From: the human T2T-CHM13v2.0 reference genome, Homo sapiens
DNA: 64,000 nt
Assembly: GCF_009914755.1 (NCBI RefSeq)
Contig: NC_060938.1
Reading direction: 5' to 3' (one strand)
The notes under the pieces were generated by a model. It was not told the DNA's origin and searched no databases. It saw only the letters and a list, made by a program, of their open reading frames with translations. The translations under genes were made by a program, and so were the position numbers. Within the stretch, counting starts at the first letter, position 1; every line of letters starts with the position of its first letter. Positions 1 to 16,860 of the stretch are shown piece by piece.

Positions 1-893
1 TCAGATAAAGAATGCCTTAATTGTGTACTGGCTCTGCTACTCCTAACTGAACTTGAGCGCATCGGTTACTCTCTTTTTATGAAAATAGGATTGTAAAACC
101 TATGAGATGATGGATGACAAAGTAATCTAATATTAGTGACTCAAATGGCACATCCTTGTTTAAATAATCCTAATGCAGTCTGACACATCCTTTAAAACAC
201 ATGGGGAAAAAGGAGATAATGAAACTCCCGGTTGGAATAATGTGTGTTTGTCTATTCATCTAATTCTTCTTCCTTGAGAAAGAACTGTATTTGACCCAGC
301 ATTTTGAAAAGTTGTACCAATATTTGTATACAGCTTTCATATTTTTTTTTTCTCTAATAGGTGCTTTTTTTTCTGAAGCTTTGGTAGTGTAACTGTAAGA
401 GTCCTGGAATTGGAAAAGCAAATCCAGAAGTTGAGTTCCATGACTTTTTTGCTGTTTGCCTTTGGGTAAGTCTATGATATCCAGTTTCTGCATCTCTCAA
501 TTTTGTTATAAAGACTAAATAAGGTAGTATACATGTACACATGTACAGCTAGACTGTAAATCACTATTCAAGTATGTGTTGTTTTCATCATGTTTCTATA
601 GAAAAGAGGAAACTTTTCTATTATGTAATACGTTTTTAATTTACAAACTATAAACTTGATTACAATTTGTACTTGCCTTTGGCCATGCTGTGTTTTTTCT
701 AATCGACGAGTGACTGTCATGCAAGAGGTTGGGGGGAAAAGAAAACCCGCATTCTTCACATAGCCCTTGCATTTAAGAGGTTAAAAAATTGTTTTAGGTC
801 ACAGACACCTCTGGTTTTCACAGTTTATCATGGTTTCATTTGAGCTTGGTGCCATGAAAGGTGTGATTGGTCTTAATATAGAGTTTTATTTCT

Positions 894-894
894 A

Positions 895-933
<39 letters not shown>

Positions 934-1201
934 TTGAGACAGTCTCGCTCTGTCGCCCAGGCTGGACACTCTGCTCACTGCAAGCTCCGCCTTCCGGGTT
1001 CACGCCATTCTCCTGCCTCAGCCTCCTGAGTAGCTGGGACTACAGGCACCCGCCACCATGCCCGGCTAAGTTTTCGTATTTTTAGTAGAGACGGGGTGTC
1101 ACCGTGTTAGCCAGGATGGTCTTGATTTCCTGAGCTCGTGATCCGCCTGCCTCAGTCTCCCAAAGTGCTGGGATTACAGGCGTGAGCCACCGCGCCCGGC
1201 C
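894..1201 (-). mobile_element. AluY element with (ATT)n-converted tail and internal right-arm deletion
   Basis: Reverse-complement Alu (tgagacagtctcgctctgtcgcccaggctgg...cgtgagccaccgcgcccggcc) with Y-type caagctccgcc/cacgccattc/gttagccaggatggtc. TSD agttttatttct (882-893) / agttttacttct (1202-1213). Confidence 0.93.
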
Positions 1202-1262
1202 AGTTTTACTTCTTAAAGAAAACATCCAAGACAGAAAGATGTGCTTTGTTGTTGTAGTAGTA

Positions 1263-1468
1263 GAAGGAAGGAAGGAAGGAAGGAAGGAAGGAAGGAAGGA
1301 AGGAAGAAAGGAAGGAAGGAAGGAAGAAAGAAAGGGAGAGAGAGAAAGAGAGAGAGAAAGAGAGAAAGAGAGACAGAGAGGAAGGAAAGGAAGGAAGGAA
1401 GGAAGAAAGCAAGGAAGAAAGGAAGAAAGAAAGAGAAAGAAAGGGGGGGAGAGAGAGAGGAGGAAAAG
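1263..1468 (+). repeat. (GAAG)n/(GA)n polypurine microsatellite
   Basis: About 200 bp of almost pure purines, read directly. Source of the spurious ORFs at 1182-1505. Confidence 0.95.
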
Positions 1469-2699
1469 GTAAAAAACATATATTAAATGTTGACACTGGC
1501 ACCAATATTGAGAAAAGTATCTTCTAAAATCGGAGGTAAACAGTACTACATTTTACTGTGCTTAAACATTGTTTTAATGTCCACCAAATGTAGGCACAGA
1601 AAAAAACCAACGTACACACATTTTACAGACTCTGACTAAAGGGGAAAACAATTCTAAAGCAGATGTTTCTTTTCTCCCTTTTGAACAAATATTTTATTGA
1701 AATTCTTCACACCAGACTTTATTAATTAATCTGAAAAAGAGAGTGAGGGGTGATGCTGATTCTAATCACAGGAAACAGATAACAAACTGTGGTCCATTTT
1801 TCCTGTCTCTGTCTGACATCAGCATCTGGTTCCTTGGCAGGCTCTGTCAACCTTTGCGTTGACATCCTAGGAGCTGCCTCAGCTCTGTCAGTTTCCTGGA
1901 TGTCGCCGTTGGGCTGAGGCTCACCACAATCATTTTATTTTGTTGTTACTCGCACTGGGTCTTAATGAAATTCTTCCTTCTGCTTCTGCAATCATAGAAA
2001 CATTATATGCAAAGTCAACTTAGTGATGTTTTTCTTTAATCCTGAGATGTCCATTTAAGTGCTTTATTTTTTAAGGTTGAATTTTAACTTAGATATGCTT
2101 TGAATTAGCCTAGAAGGATGGCTAAATGCAGGAGAGTCAAATAACTCCAAAGCAAAGCAAGAAGTTATTTACAGGGCCGTTGGAGTGCATAATGGGCCCA
2201 CTGATGTGAAACCAAACCAAGGAAGGCTAGAATGAAAGGAAATGCTCCTAAATTTAGTCTCATTACTGGATTGCTTTGCTGAGGAAGGGGAGGACAAACC
2301 CAAGGTGGTGTCTAACACAATTGATCAAGAATTTAAAAACCTAGTACAGAGGGGAAATAGGAACAATCAAGGGATTACTCTTCTCACTTTCAAAAGTTTA
2401 AAGTTGCAATTAAATTTAATATAGTCATGGAATCTTGGAATGGTTTCAAGTGAAACACTATGTGTTGCAAATTAGACTATAAGACATTAGTAGCAATCAT
2501 GTTAAAAATGTTGTCTTTATTATATATTTTGTATCATATATTTAATTTACATAATTTACTTAATGATCACAGCCATGCTACTGCTTCCTGGCAAGGAAAA
2601 ATGGTATGAACCAAAGGGTATTTAAGTTATTAAAAATTTCAGTATTTTCACTTCAAAGCAGAGTTTTGGTCCTGGCTTCAAAATGTGGAAATGTTCTTT

Positions 2700-3980
2700 A
2701 AAATAGATTTATTTTTGTCTTTTTATAGTAAAATACATATATTTTGCATTATAAAATATTCAAACTATATTGAAAGTCATAAATATGGAATCTTCTCCAT
2801 TTTCTTTTCCTTATACAATCTCCTCCCAAGAGATATCCACTGATCAACATTCTTCCTATGCATTTACATGTGTACAATTTACACAAAAAATTTATTTTTT
2901 AGACATAAATAGGATCATAATATGTGTGTTAGGACACTCGGTTTGATATACAACAAAAATGTTCTGGAGACGTTTTAATGTCAATTCATACTTTTTTTAA
3001 TACCTGCATCATATTCCATATTGTGACTATTCTATGGATACATAACATACAGTTCCCCTTTTGAAGGACAATTGGGTCATTTCCAATATTTCAGAATGAT
3101 GAGACAATATCACAATAAACCTTCTTATATATTCATAGGATTGTGCACATGTGTAAATATTTATTAAGAATAGAATTGTTGAAATGGAGCTTCTGGATTT
3201 AAAGATAGAACCATTTAAATTATTGGTGTATATTACCAAATAGGCTCAGTGAAATGTTTACTAATGTATTCTCCATCAATATTAGAGGTTCTGTTTCCCC
3301 ACATCATTTTCCAACTCTTCCAATTGTTTATCTCTGTAATGAGATACCTCATTGTGTTTTTAGTGTATATTTCCCTGATTATGAATAAAGGTGAACTACT
3401 TTCATTTTTTTCACTTGTATTTATTCTACTGTGAATTGACTAATTAAATCTTAGACTCATTTTCCATTTAGTACATTTCATTTTCCAAGTTATATATGAG
3501 AATACTATGTATTCTGGATAATAAATCTTTGTTTATTAAATATGGTACCAATTTTGGCTTCAAGCCATAATTTGTATCTTAATTTTTTGATAGTTGACTT
3601 TATCATAATGAAGTTTTAAATTTTGACATAGTCAAATCTGTTGATATATAGCTTTTGGTTTGGGCTCTTTTTAGGTAGAGTTTTCATAATTCAAAGCTAC
3701 TCAGAATTTTATTTGATATTTGTCTTTAACAGTGGTTTGTTTAGTTGTCTGTTCTTTAAACCATTAGTGTGTATCGCAGTGTGTAACATGGAGTAGTGTT
3801 CTAACTCAATTTTTTATTCTTCACTTATGGCAGTAATTTTCCACCAATTGTTGACTAAGAAATAATTTCTTAAATTATTTAAAATGCCCCCTTTATCTTA
3901 AATTTAAATCTCTTTAAACAAGTTGTTTTATTTCATTCTATTTCCTTTGTTGATTTGTTTTACTGCAACCCAAAATGATA
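2700..3980 (-). mobile_element. Highly degraded ancient L1 (L1M-type) 3' region
   Basis: Recognisable antisense L1 motifs such as gagatacctcattgtgttttt...atttccctgattatgaataaaggtgaac and aagttttaaattttgacatagtcaaatctg. Boundaries approximate. Confidence 0.6.
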
Positions 3981-4231
3981 AATACTGCAGTTTTATTTAT
4001 TTTTTTGTTATTGTTTTTGTTTTATTATTATACTTTAAGTTTTAGGGTACATGTGCACATTGTGCAGGTTAGTTACATATGTATACATGTGCCATGCTGG
4101 TGCGCTGCACCCACTAACTCGTCATCTAGCATTAGGTATATCTCGCAATGCTATCCCTCCTCCCTCCCCCCACCCCACAACAGTCCCCAGAGTGTGATGT
4201 TCCCCTTCCTGTGTCCATGTGATCTCATTGT

Positions 4232-8058
<3,827 letters not shown>

Positions 8059-8121
8059 GATGATGTTAGCTGGTTATTTTGCTCGTTAGTTGATGCAGTT
8101 TCTTCCTAGTCTCGATGGTCT

Positions 8122-9138
8122 TTACATTTTGGCATGATTTTGCAGCGGCTGGTGCCGGTTGTCCGTTTTCATGTTTAGCGCTTCCTTCAGGAGCTCTTTT
8201 AGGGCAGGCCTGGTGGTGTCAAAATCTCTCAGCATTTGCTTGTCTGTAACGTATTTTATTTCTCCTTCACTTATGAAGCTTAGTTTGGCTGGATATGAAA
8301 TTCTGGGTTGAAAATTCTTTTCTTTAAGAATGTTGAATATTGGCCCCCACTCTCCTCTGGCTTGTAGGGTTTCTGCCGCGAGATCCGCTGTTAGTCTGAT
8401 GGGCTTCCCTTTGAGGGTAACCCGACCTTTCTCTCTGGCTGCCCTTAACATTTTTTCCTTCATTTCTACTTTGGTGAATCTGACAATTATCTGTCTTGGA
8501 ATTGCTCTTCTTGAGGAGTATCTTTGTGGCGTTCTCTGTATTTCCTGAATCTGAACGTTGGCCTGCCTTGCTAGATTGGGGAAGTTCTCCTGGATAATAT
8601 CCTGCAGAGTGTTTTCCAACTTGGTTCCATTCTCCCCATCACTTTCAGGTACACCAATCAGACGTAGATTTGGTCTTTTCACTTAGTCCCATGTTTCTTG
8701 GAGGCTTTGCTCATTTCTTTTTATTCTTTTTTCTCTAAACTTCCCTTCTCACTTCATTTCATTCATTTCATCTTCCATCGCTGATATCCTTTCTTCCAGT
8801 TGATCGCATCGGCTCCTGAGGCTTCTGCATTCTTCACGTAGTTGTCGAGCCTTGGTTTTCAGCTCCATCAGCTCCTTTAAGCATTTCTCTGTATTGGTTA
8901 TTCTAGTTATACATTCTTGTAAATTTTTTTCAAAATTTTCAACTTCTTTGCCTTTGGTTTGAATGTCCTCCCGTAGCTCAGAGTAATTTGATCATCTGAA
9001 GCCTTCTTCTCTCAGCTCGTCAAAGTCATTCTCCGTCCAGCTTTGTTCTGTTGCTGTTGAGGAACTGCGTTCCTTTGGAGAAGGAGAGGTGCTCTGCGTT
9101 TTAGAGTTTCCAGTTTTTCTGTTCTGTTTTTTCCCCAT
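8122..9138 (-). pseudogene. L1 #1 ORF1, nonsense-disrupted
   Basis: 1017-bp span from ATG at 9138 to TAA at 8122. Premature TGA at codon 49 (8992-8994) and TAA at 8683-8685. The C-terminal 186 aa appear in the ORF track. Confidence 0.95.
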
Positions 9139-11193
9139 CTTTGTGGTTTTATCTACTTTTGGTCTTTGATGATGGTGATGTACAGATGGGTTTTTGGTGT
9201 GGATGTCCTTTCTGTTTGTTAGTTTTCCTTCTAACAGACAAGACCCTCAGCTGCAGGTCTGTTGGAGTACCCTGCAGTGTGAGGTGTCAGTGTGCCCCTG
9301 CTGGGGGGTGCCTGCCAGTTAGGCTGCTCGGGGGTCAGGGGTCAGGGACCCACTTGAGGAGGCAGTCTGCCCGTTCTCAGATCTCCAGCTGCTTACTGGG
9401 AGAACCACTGCTGTCTTCAAAGCTGTCAGACAGGGACATTTAAGTCTGCAGAGGTTACTGCTGTCTTTTTGTTTGTCTGTGCCCTGCCCCCAGAGTTGGA
9501 GCCTACAGAGGCAGGCAGGCCTCCTTGAGCTGTGGTGGGCTCCACCCAGTTGGAGCTTCCTGGCTGCTTTGTTTACCTAATCAAGCCTGGGCAATGGCGG
9601 GCGCCCCTCCCCCAGCCTCGCTGCCGCTTTGCAGTTTGATCTCAGACTGCTGTGCTAGCAATCAGCGAGACTCCGTGGGCGTAGGACCCTCCTAGCCAGG
9701 TGTGGGATATAATCTCGTAGTGCGCCGTTTTTTAAGCCCGTCGGAAAAGCGCAGTATTCGGGTGGGAGTGACCCGATTTTCCAGGTGCCGTCTGTCACCC
9801 CTTTCTTTGACTAGGAAAGGGAACTCCCTGACCCCTTGTGCTTCCCGAGTGAGGCAATGCCTCGCCCACCTTTGGCTGGCGCAAGGTGCGTGCACCCACT
9901 GACCTGCGCCCACTATCTGGCACTCCCTAGTGAGATGAACCCGGTACCTCAGATGGAAATGCAGAAATCACCCGTCGTCTGCGTCGCTCACGCTAGGAGC
10001 TGTAGACCGGAGCTGTTCCTATTTGGCCATCTTGGCTCGTCAATACTGCAGTTTTATAAAGATACCCTCATTTGTAAGTAAGTAATTTATTGTTTTTCTC
10101 ATAAGTAATAATAGTGATATTATTTGTCATTAAATTAAAATAAGAAGAAATCAACTAGCTTATAAACCGTTCTATATTCCTATATCTTCAAACAAATCTA
10201 TTTTGAAAGTGCAAAATAACAAAATTAGAGATGGTGTGGTAGACATGGGCGAGTTAAAAGTCAGTCTAACTTTCTTTTGTCATTAAGCTGAATCATTCCT
10301 AGTAAGCCAAGAAAAGCTTGGTTCTATCCTGTGCTGGCCTGTGTAATTTGAAAGTCAGGCTCTTTCTTGGTTTTCTGTCAGTTTCTGTTCAAATGGATGT
10401 GGTTTCCTCAATTGCCATATTAAAAGCTAGATACACTAACAGTTTATGGGTCTTTTGTGAATGATTTACAAATTAACTGTGGAGCCGGACAACTATTGTC
10501 ATTTCATCAGTGATGAAATTTCTCTCAGGGCAACTTTTGGCTGAGAAGAAACTTCAGTGCATGTTATTCATGAGTGTAAGTGTGCCAGAGAGCAATCCAA
10601 AGTATATTCCCACTTATCACACCCCATTAATAGAAAAACACAAACTCCTGAGATGAATTGTCTTATTTCTTTTAGAGTACTCTGCTTGGAATAATATGCA
10701 TTTATTGGAATGATTTTATACCAATCAAAATGAAAAGAGCTAGTCATGCCGGGGATATTCCTATTCATTTTTTCATTAATTTATGCATTTATTTGAAACA
10801 CATTAGTTGAATATCTGATATAAGTGGTATGATGTAATTGGGTGGTTATCACGCCTAATGGGGAACTGAGGAAATTTGCATGGAAAAGAGAATGTTCATA
10901 AGAACGTCATTACTGAATGGTATAGTGTATTTCTTGGGGTCTAGAATCTAGAAGGGGTTTGGGACACTGAAAATCTCAGCATAAACTTCTGCTCTGATAG
11001 TCCAAGGGCAATCCTGTGACAAAGTTCATTGGTACTAAAGGCATTAGAAGGAAACATAAGCTAGGGGAGGGGCACACTAATTGGTAAAGAAATATGAAGA
11101 GCTCTTCTCACATCCCTCAGCAGACAGATACTACACCCAAAAATATGACTCTGTATTTTAAAAGTGCAGAGAAACATGAATGCAATTCACTTC

Positions 11194-11672
11194 TTTATTA
11201 GTTTCTTGTTGCTGCTAGAAGAAATTATCTCAAGTATAGTGGCTTAAACAACATGCATTTATGATCTTACAGTTCTGGAGTTCAAAAGTCCAAAATGGGC
11301 TTCTTCTGGAAGCTTTAGGGGAGAATCTCTTTCCTTTCTTTTTCCAGCTTCTAGAGGTTTCCTGGTCCCCTCCTCTATCATCAGAGTCTGAAATTACATT
11401 GTTCTGATCTGAACTTTCATCCTCACAGGCTTCTTACTTCCTCTCCTTCCTATTACATCTCCTGCACCGACTCAGACTCCTCTGCCTTCCTTCACTTACA
11501 AGGACCCTGGTGATTACATTGGGTCCACATAGGTCATCCAGGAAAATCTCCCATTCTCAAGGCCCTTCATTTAATCACACCTGAAAGGTGTTTTATCTAC
11601 ATAAAGTAACATATTCCCAGGTTCCAGGGATTCAGATTTGGACATCTCTGAGAGGCCATTCTCCTTACCATA
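11194..11672 (-). mobile_element. MLT1-family (ERVL-MaLR) solo LTR
   Basis: tattagtttcttgttgctgctagaag...gtggcttaaacaac...cttacagttctggag...gtgattacattgggtccac...aaagtaacatattcccagg: typical antisense MLT1. Confidence 0.85.
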
Positions 11673-12015
11673 TGTATTAGGCCATTCTTGCATTGCTATA
11701 AAGAAATACCTGAGACTGGCTAATTTTTAAAGAAAAGAGGTTTAATAGGCTCACAGTTCTGCAGCCTGTACAGGAAGCATGATACTGGCATCTGCTCAGT
11801 TTCTGGGGAGGCCTCAGGTAACTTACAGTTATGGCAGAAGGCAAAGAGGGAGCAGGCAGGTTATGTGGCCAGAGCAGGAGCAAGACATGAGGACAGCAGC
11901 AACTGGACGGTCCTAAACCATTAATCCAATCACCTCTCACCAGCCCCCACACCCAACATTGGGGATTACAATTCAATATGAGATTTGGGCGGGGAAACAC
12001 ATCCAAAATGTATCA
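11673..12015 (-). mobile_element. MSTB-like solo LTR inserted at the end of the MLT1
   Basis: TG...CA termini and 5-bp TSD ccata (11668-11672 / 12016-12020). Starts tgtattaggccattcttgcattgctataaagaaatacctgagactg. Confidence 0.9.
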
Positions 12016-12339
12016 CCATACCCTCCAACAAGTTTACTTTCTGATTACATCAGCCAAAATCAGCTTCAGTTGTTTTCAGTGAAGAACAATGATTGAAACA
12101 CCAGAGTTTCAGGTGTGCTTAGTGTAACCAAAGACCACCCTAGACCTACTGAGTAAGATTGTCTGAAAGTAGACAAGTGAATCTGCATTTATTTTTGGCC
12201 AGGTGATTCTAATGCATAGTAAATATATGGATCTATTATTTTAACGTCACATTTATATAAAAATAGTTTTTAGAGTCTCTTTCAAGAATGCGCTTATAAT
12301 TTGCATTTTCAGCTTACTCTAGGACAGTTTGGAAAGTAA

Positions 12340-12990
12340 TGGGATTTAGTGCAAAGATCCTAGACTTTGGAACCAGACTTCAACTTGAATATCTGCTGTC
12401 ATCCGGTTTTAGCTCTAATCCTTGTATTAGTCTGTTTTCATGCTTCATGCTCCTATAAAGATACCACCTGAGACTGGGTAATTTATAAAAAAAAAAAAAA
12501 AGAAGTTTAATTGACCTACAGTTCTGCATGGATGGAGTGGCCTCAGGAAACTTACAATCACAGCAGAAGGTGAAGGGGAAGCAAGGCATGTCTTACTTGG
12601 TGGTAGGAGAAAGAGAATGTGAAAGAGGACGCACTAGACACTTATTAAACAACCAGATCTCATGAAAACTTCCTCACTATCACAAGAACAGCGTGGGAGA
12701 AACCACCCCATGATCCAATTACCTCCCACCAAGGTCCTCCCTCAATACCTGGGGATTATAATTTGAGAGGAGATTTGGGTGGGGACACAGAGTCAGACCA
12801 TATCAATCCTTCTCAGCTCTTTCCATTCACAATTAAGGTTGATCAAGTCCATTTCCCTCTAACAGCATGTTTTCTCATTCATAAAATGGGCCAATATCAC
12901 CTACCCTCAGTATACTAATATAAAGGTGAAATAAGGTATTTATTCAACAAATAACAGTGCCTAAAGCATAATAGGTATACCAAAAATAGT
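12340..12990 (+). mobile_element. MIR fragment split by the MSTA LTR
   Basis: agactttggaaccagac...; tttctcattcataaaatggg...cctaccctc; acagtgcctaaagcataataggt. Boundaries approximate. Confidence 0.6.
12423..12805 (-). mobile_element. MSTA-like solo LTR
   Basis: TG...CA termini and 5-bp TSD atcct (12418-12422 / 12806-12810). Contains gaaggtgaaggggaagcaaggcatg. Confidence 0.9.
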
Positions 12991-13032
12991 TCTTTAACAA
13001 AATGCTGTACAATACGTATATCCATGTAAAAC

Positions 13033-13080
13033 AATATCAACTACAGTATATAATTAACTTTATATACTGTAGTTGATATT
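13033..13080. repeat. Perfect 21-bp inverted repeat with 6-nt loop
   Basis: aatatcaactacagtatataa (13033-13053) / ttaact / ttatatactgtagttgatatt (13060-13080). Confidence 0.95.
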
Positions 13081-15599
13081 TTTCTTAACTTTCTTATACT
13101 TTTGCATTATCTAACTATCCTTTAGTGAGAACAGAGATCCAGAAATTATTTCAACCCCTCCTCTGTCCAGATGTCTTTTTTCTCTGCATTTTACTTCTAC
13201 AACTTCTGGATGCAGGCTCTGTTGCCTGTTGATTTTTGCCCAGAGTCTTTGATGAAGAGGCTGTGGCATGTTAATCTCTGTAATACATTTTTCTGTGGGC
13301 TTTTTCAGCCAGTCTCTCTTTCATCTGGACCTCCTTTAGCCTTCAAAGGCACAATTCAGGGCCAAACCTGAGGTAGGTTTAAGGCCTGGAGTCAATCACA
13401 TTGTGGGGGCCCCTTCCTTTCTGGTTTAAAGGAGAAAGGGAGAGGTGATAAGACATAAAGAGAAGGGGTCCTTAAGCTTAAGAAGCATGAAGGCAAAAGC
13501 ATCAGTATTCCAGGTGCCTGGATTCTGTGTTCTCTAACATTTGTGGGATAATTGAACACATTTGCTGTTACAGTCTCCGAAATTCACAACTGGGTGATTG
13601 TTAAATATTTTTTAAAATAAAGAATTGGGATCAGAGGCTTTCCAATGGTATTTCTAGAAAACTATCAGTAAATTTCTTACTTTTCCTTCAAACATTATTT
13701 CATAGTCAAACATATGTTATTTTCAATTCCCCAAAACTGACATACACATTTATAGTTGGCATCTGATAAGGTTATTTTTAGAAAGAGAAACTGAACTGTA
13801 TTAGTGCTGAAAAAAAGAGCCAACCACAATCATAATATATCCAGGAAAATAAGTGAAACATCTGGTCAACCAGCTGTATTTTGATGTATGCATATCATAA
13901 GACTAAATTTACTAATTTTGTGAATGATTTTCGCTCTCTGCCTAAATATATTGATTATAACTCCATTTTCTTTGGAATGTGCATGTATGTAATTAGAAAT
14001 GAGTACAAAGACACACTAGCAGGTGGGCCACTACAGTGCTCTGTTGAGAGTTTAGGTCAGATTTCTATGACAGAATGTCAGGTATACTACAAAAAAATTA
14101 GTAACATTTTTTATGAAATGCCTAATAATTCATTTGAATTCAACTTTGATTAGGCAAAGTCAATTTCTTTGTTCCTAAACAAAGACTTCTAAATAAATTT
14201 GTAAACAAGATGTCTAAACAAATGTGTAAAAAATCAACCTATATTCACCTCCCTTAACTATTTCCCAGTTAGAATTAACAGATGCTTTTGAGGGCAGTGT
14301 CTATAGAACTATTTATTTTATCTCACCTAATTCACATATTTCAGCTTTAGAGGGGCTAAAACACTCACAGAGTAGTTCCCGTGATTTTAAACTCGGTTTC
14401 TCAGTGTCTTGCCCTGCAGGAAAATGAAGTAGAGAAGTATATTTCTACTTCTCAAAAGGACAAGAACTACTCCTTTTTCTTTTCTTCCTAAATCTTTTTT
14501 TAATTCAAAATAAAGGTATTACATTAATGTATGCATATATTAGAAACATAAAGATTCTTCTTTGATAAGTATAAACTGGACAGTGTTTCATGCTTTGACT
14601 ACTCTCTATTTACAAATAGAGAATATTTACAAAGAGGGAATGTTTTCTTTCTTTATTTTTCAGGGATATAAGAAAATCAAGATACTTAAAGATTCAAAAC
14701 TAAAATTCTTCCTTCCACCTGATGTTCTGCTTTCTTTTAAAGGTATTAAGCATTAGGCACCTGCTATATGCCCAATATAGTATTATACACAATGAGAGAC
14801 ACAAAAAAATCTTGGACAAGTTATTTGTTCATTGAAAAAACAGAAGAAAACAAAATTTCTTGTTTCTTAGGTGCTGACTCCTCTAGAAGTCATTCAAGTC
14901 ATGAGGTACTATCATAAGGTAGTAAGGAACTTGTTCCAGACAGCATAGAGAGAAGTCACCATTCCTCTTTTCTTTAATGTGGCTCCCCCAAGTTGTGTAA
15001 CATCCTGCAATTTGCCATTCCCCAAGACAAGAATATGAATCCCGAGCTTCCAGGCACGAGAGGGAAGGATTCACTTTCCTAGTGAATATGAGCAGAGGGT
15101 ACAACGTGAGAGGTGACTGTTGGCAAAAAAAAAAAGAAGAGAGAGGGGCCTGGCAAGTTAGAATGTCCCCACTTTACCTCTCACTATACTGAAAGGGGCA
15201 GACAAGGTGTGGGGGGATATTTGGAATATCCTTTCTCACTGAAGCTGGGAGAAAGGCAATATGTTTAGGGGCTACTCTCATGTCAGAGGGCAGGAGTTGG
15301 AAATCATGGGTAAAGATGTGGCTGGTTTGGGGTAAATGTAGGAGATATTGGTAGCTGTACCAGACTGGTGAGAGAGGATGGGGAGTAAGGCCCTGGGTAC
15401 CAGTCCCATGGGAGGGGCTCCAGAAAGAGGAGGGTCTGACAAGGATGCCAGGGAGGAGACATCTGCATTACATATGTTCCTTTTTTTTGTACCAACAAGG
15501 AAATATTTATTCTTATATTTTTTAGAAAGCAAGTTCAAAAATTGTATATATATTATAATTTTAAAAGCTAAGTATATTCATATGCATAGAACATACTTT

Positions 15600-15982
15600 A
15601 TTATTTTAGTTTATTTTTATTTTTTATTATAGTTTAAGTTCTAGGGTACAAGTGCACAACATGCAGGTTTGATACATAGTATACATGTGCTATGCTGGTT
15701 TGCTGCACCCATCAACTCTTCATTTACATTAGGTATATCCCCTAATGCTATCCCTCCCCAGCCCCCCACTCCCTGACAGGCCCCGGTGTGTGATGTTCCC
15801 CACCCTGTGTCCAAGTGTTCTCATTGCTCAATTCCCACCTATGAGTGAGAACATGCGTTGTTTGGTTTTCTGTCTTTGTGATAGTTTGCTGAAAATGGTG
15901 GTTTCCAGCTTCATCCATGTCCCTACAAAGGACATGAACTCATCCTTTTATGGCTGCATAGTATTCCATGGTGTATATGTGT
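15600..15982 (-). mobile_element. 5'-truncated L1PA (about L1PA7/8) 3' end
   Basis: Antisense 3'UTR ttctagggtacaagtgcacaacatgcagg...cccccagccccccactccctgacaggccccggtgtgtgatg with T-rich tail. Confidence 0.88.
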
Positions 15983-16826
15983 CCATACGTTTCTATTTCT
16001 TCTGTACTGCTGCCTTTGAGGGGGATGAGGCCATTTGAAGTTATATTTTAGCATATAATTTCACCTTAAAATGCAAGACAGTGTTGGTATCCATGAATTA
16101 AAGAGTCTACTCCATTAAGAGTCTACTCTATTAGATTCCATGCCTATCTTTCAAACAATCTTTGAGAGAGAAATACACTCGCCCATCACATTAATTTCTC
16201 AATTTTATTAAAATGCAGTCTATCATTTTGACTACTTTGTAAAATTTACACAGATATGCATTTACACTTTATTTTCTGTCACAACCTCGATTTGACAGGA
16301 GAAAAAATTTGTCAACATTTTTCAAATGAAAAATAAATACAAAATGCATTGCTCTCAGAAAAGCAATGAGAAGAAAATGTGAAGGGTGAAATATGAAAAT
16401 ATACTATGACCTTAATTGGCACAGAAAAAATTAAAATGTTGAAAAATGTAGCATTATACTTAAGATTTGAGATCTATGTGATGAATTCTGTATTTCCAAC
16501 TAGAGGAAACTGCCTTCATGCTAGCAGCAAATAACTGGGCTTTCTGTTATTTGGTGAGCAAATTACTAGGAGTTGCAAAATAAGAGGCATGCAAAATCAT
16601 CTTAGAGCTGACTTGTTCTGCAAAGTTCAGTGAATGTAAGGGGTGAACGCTTTGTCTGGCAAGGAATAAGAGAGATCCAGGAGGTTAAAAAAAGTGGCTG
16701 CCACCCACTGCTGCCTATTAAATAAGTATTATAATATTGGCAGCAGCACCTGGATTTTACTTAAAGTGGGGGAGAGAAAACTGAACCCCTGGCAGATTAA
16801 AGCAACAGTCATGCTGAAAATGTGAA

Positions 16827-16860
16827 TACACACACACACACACACACTCTCACACACACA
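16827..16860 (+). repeat. (CA)n microsatellite, interrupted
   Basis: Directly visible CA tract with a ctct interruption. Confidence 0.9.

Noticed and set aside
1182-1505. Four overlapping 81-99 aa ORFs (RKEG/LPSF repeats)
   Set aside because: Translations of the GAAG microsatellite.
16708-16746. Imperfect hairpin ctgctgcc...ggcagcag, and a similar one at ~42209-42244
   Set aside because: Perfect stems of only 8-10 bp; compatible with chance.
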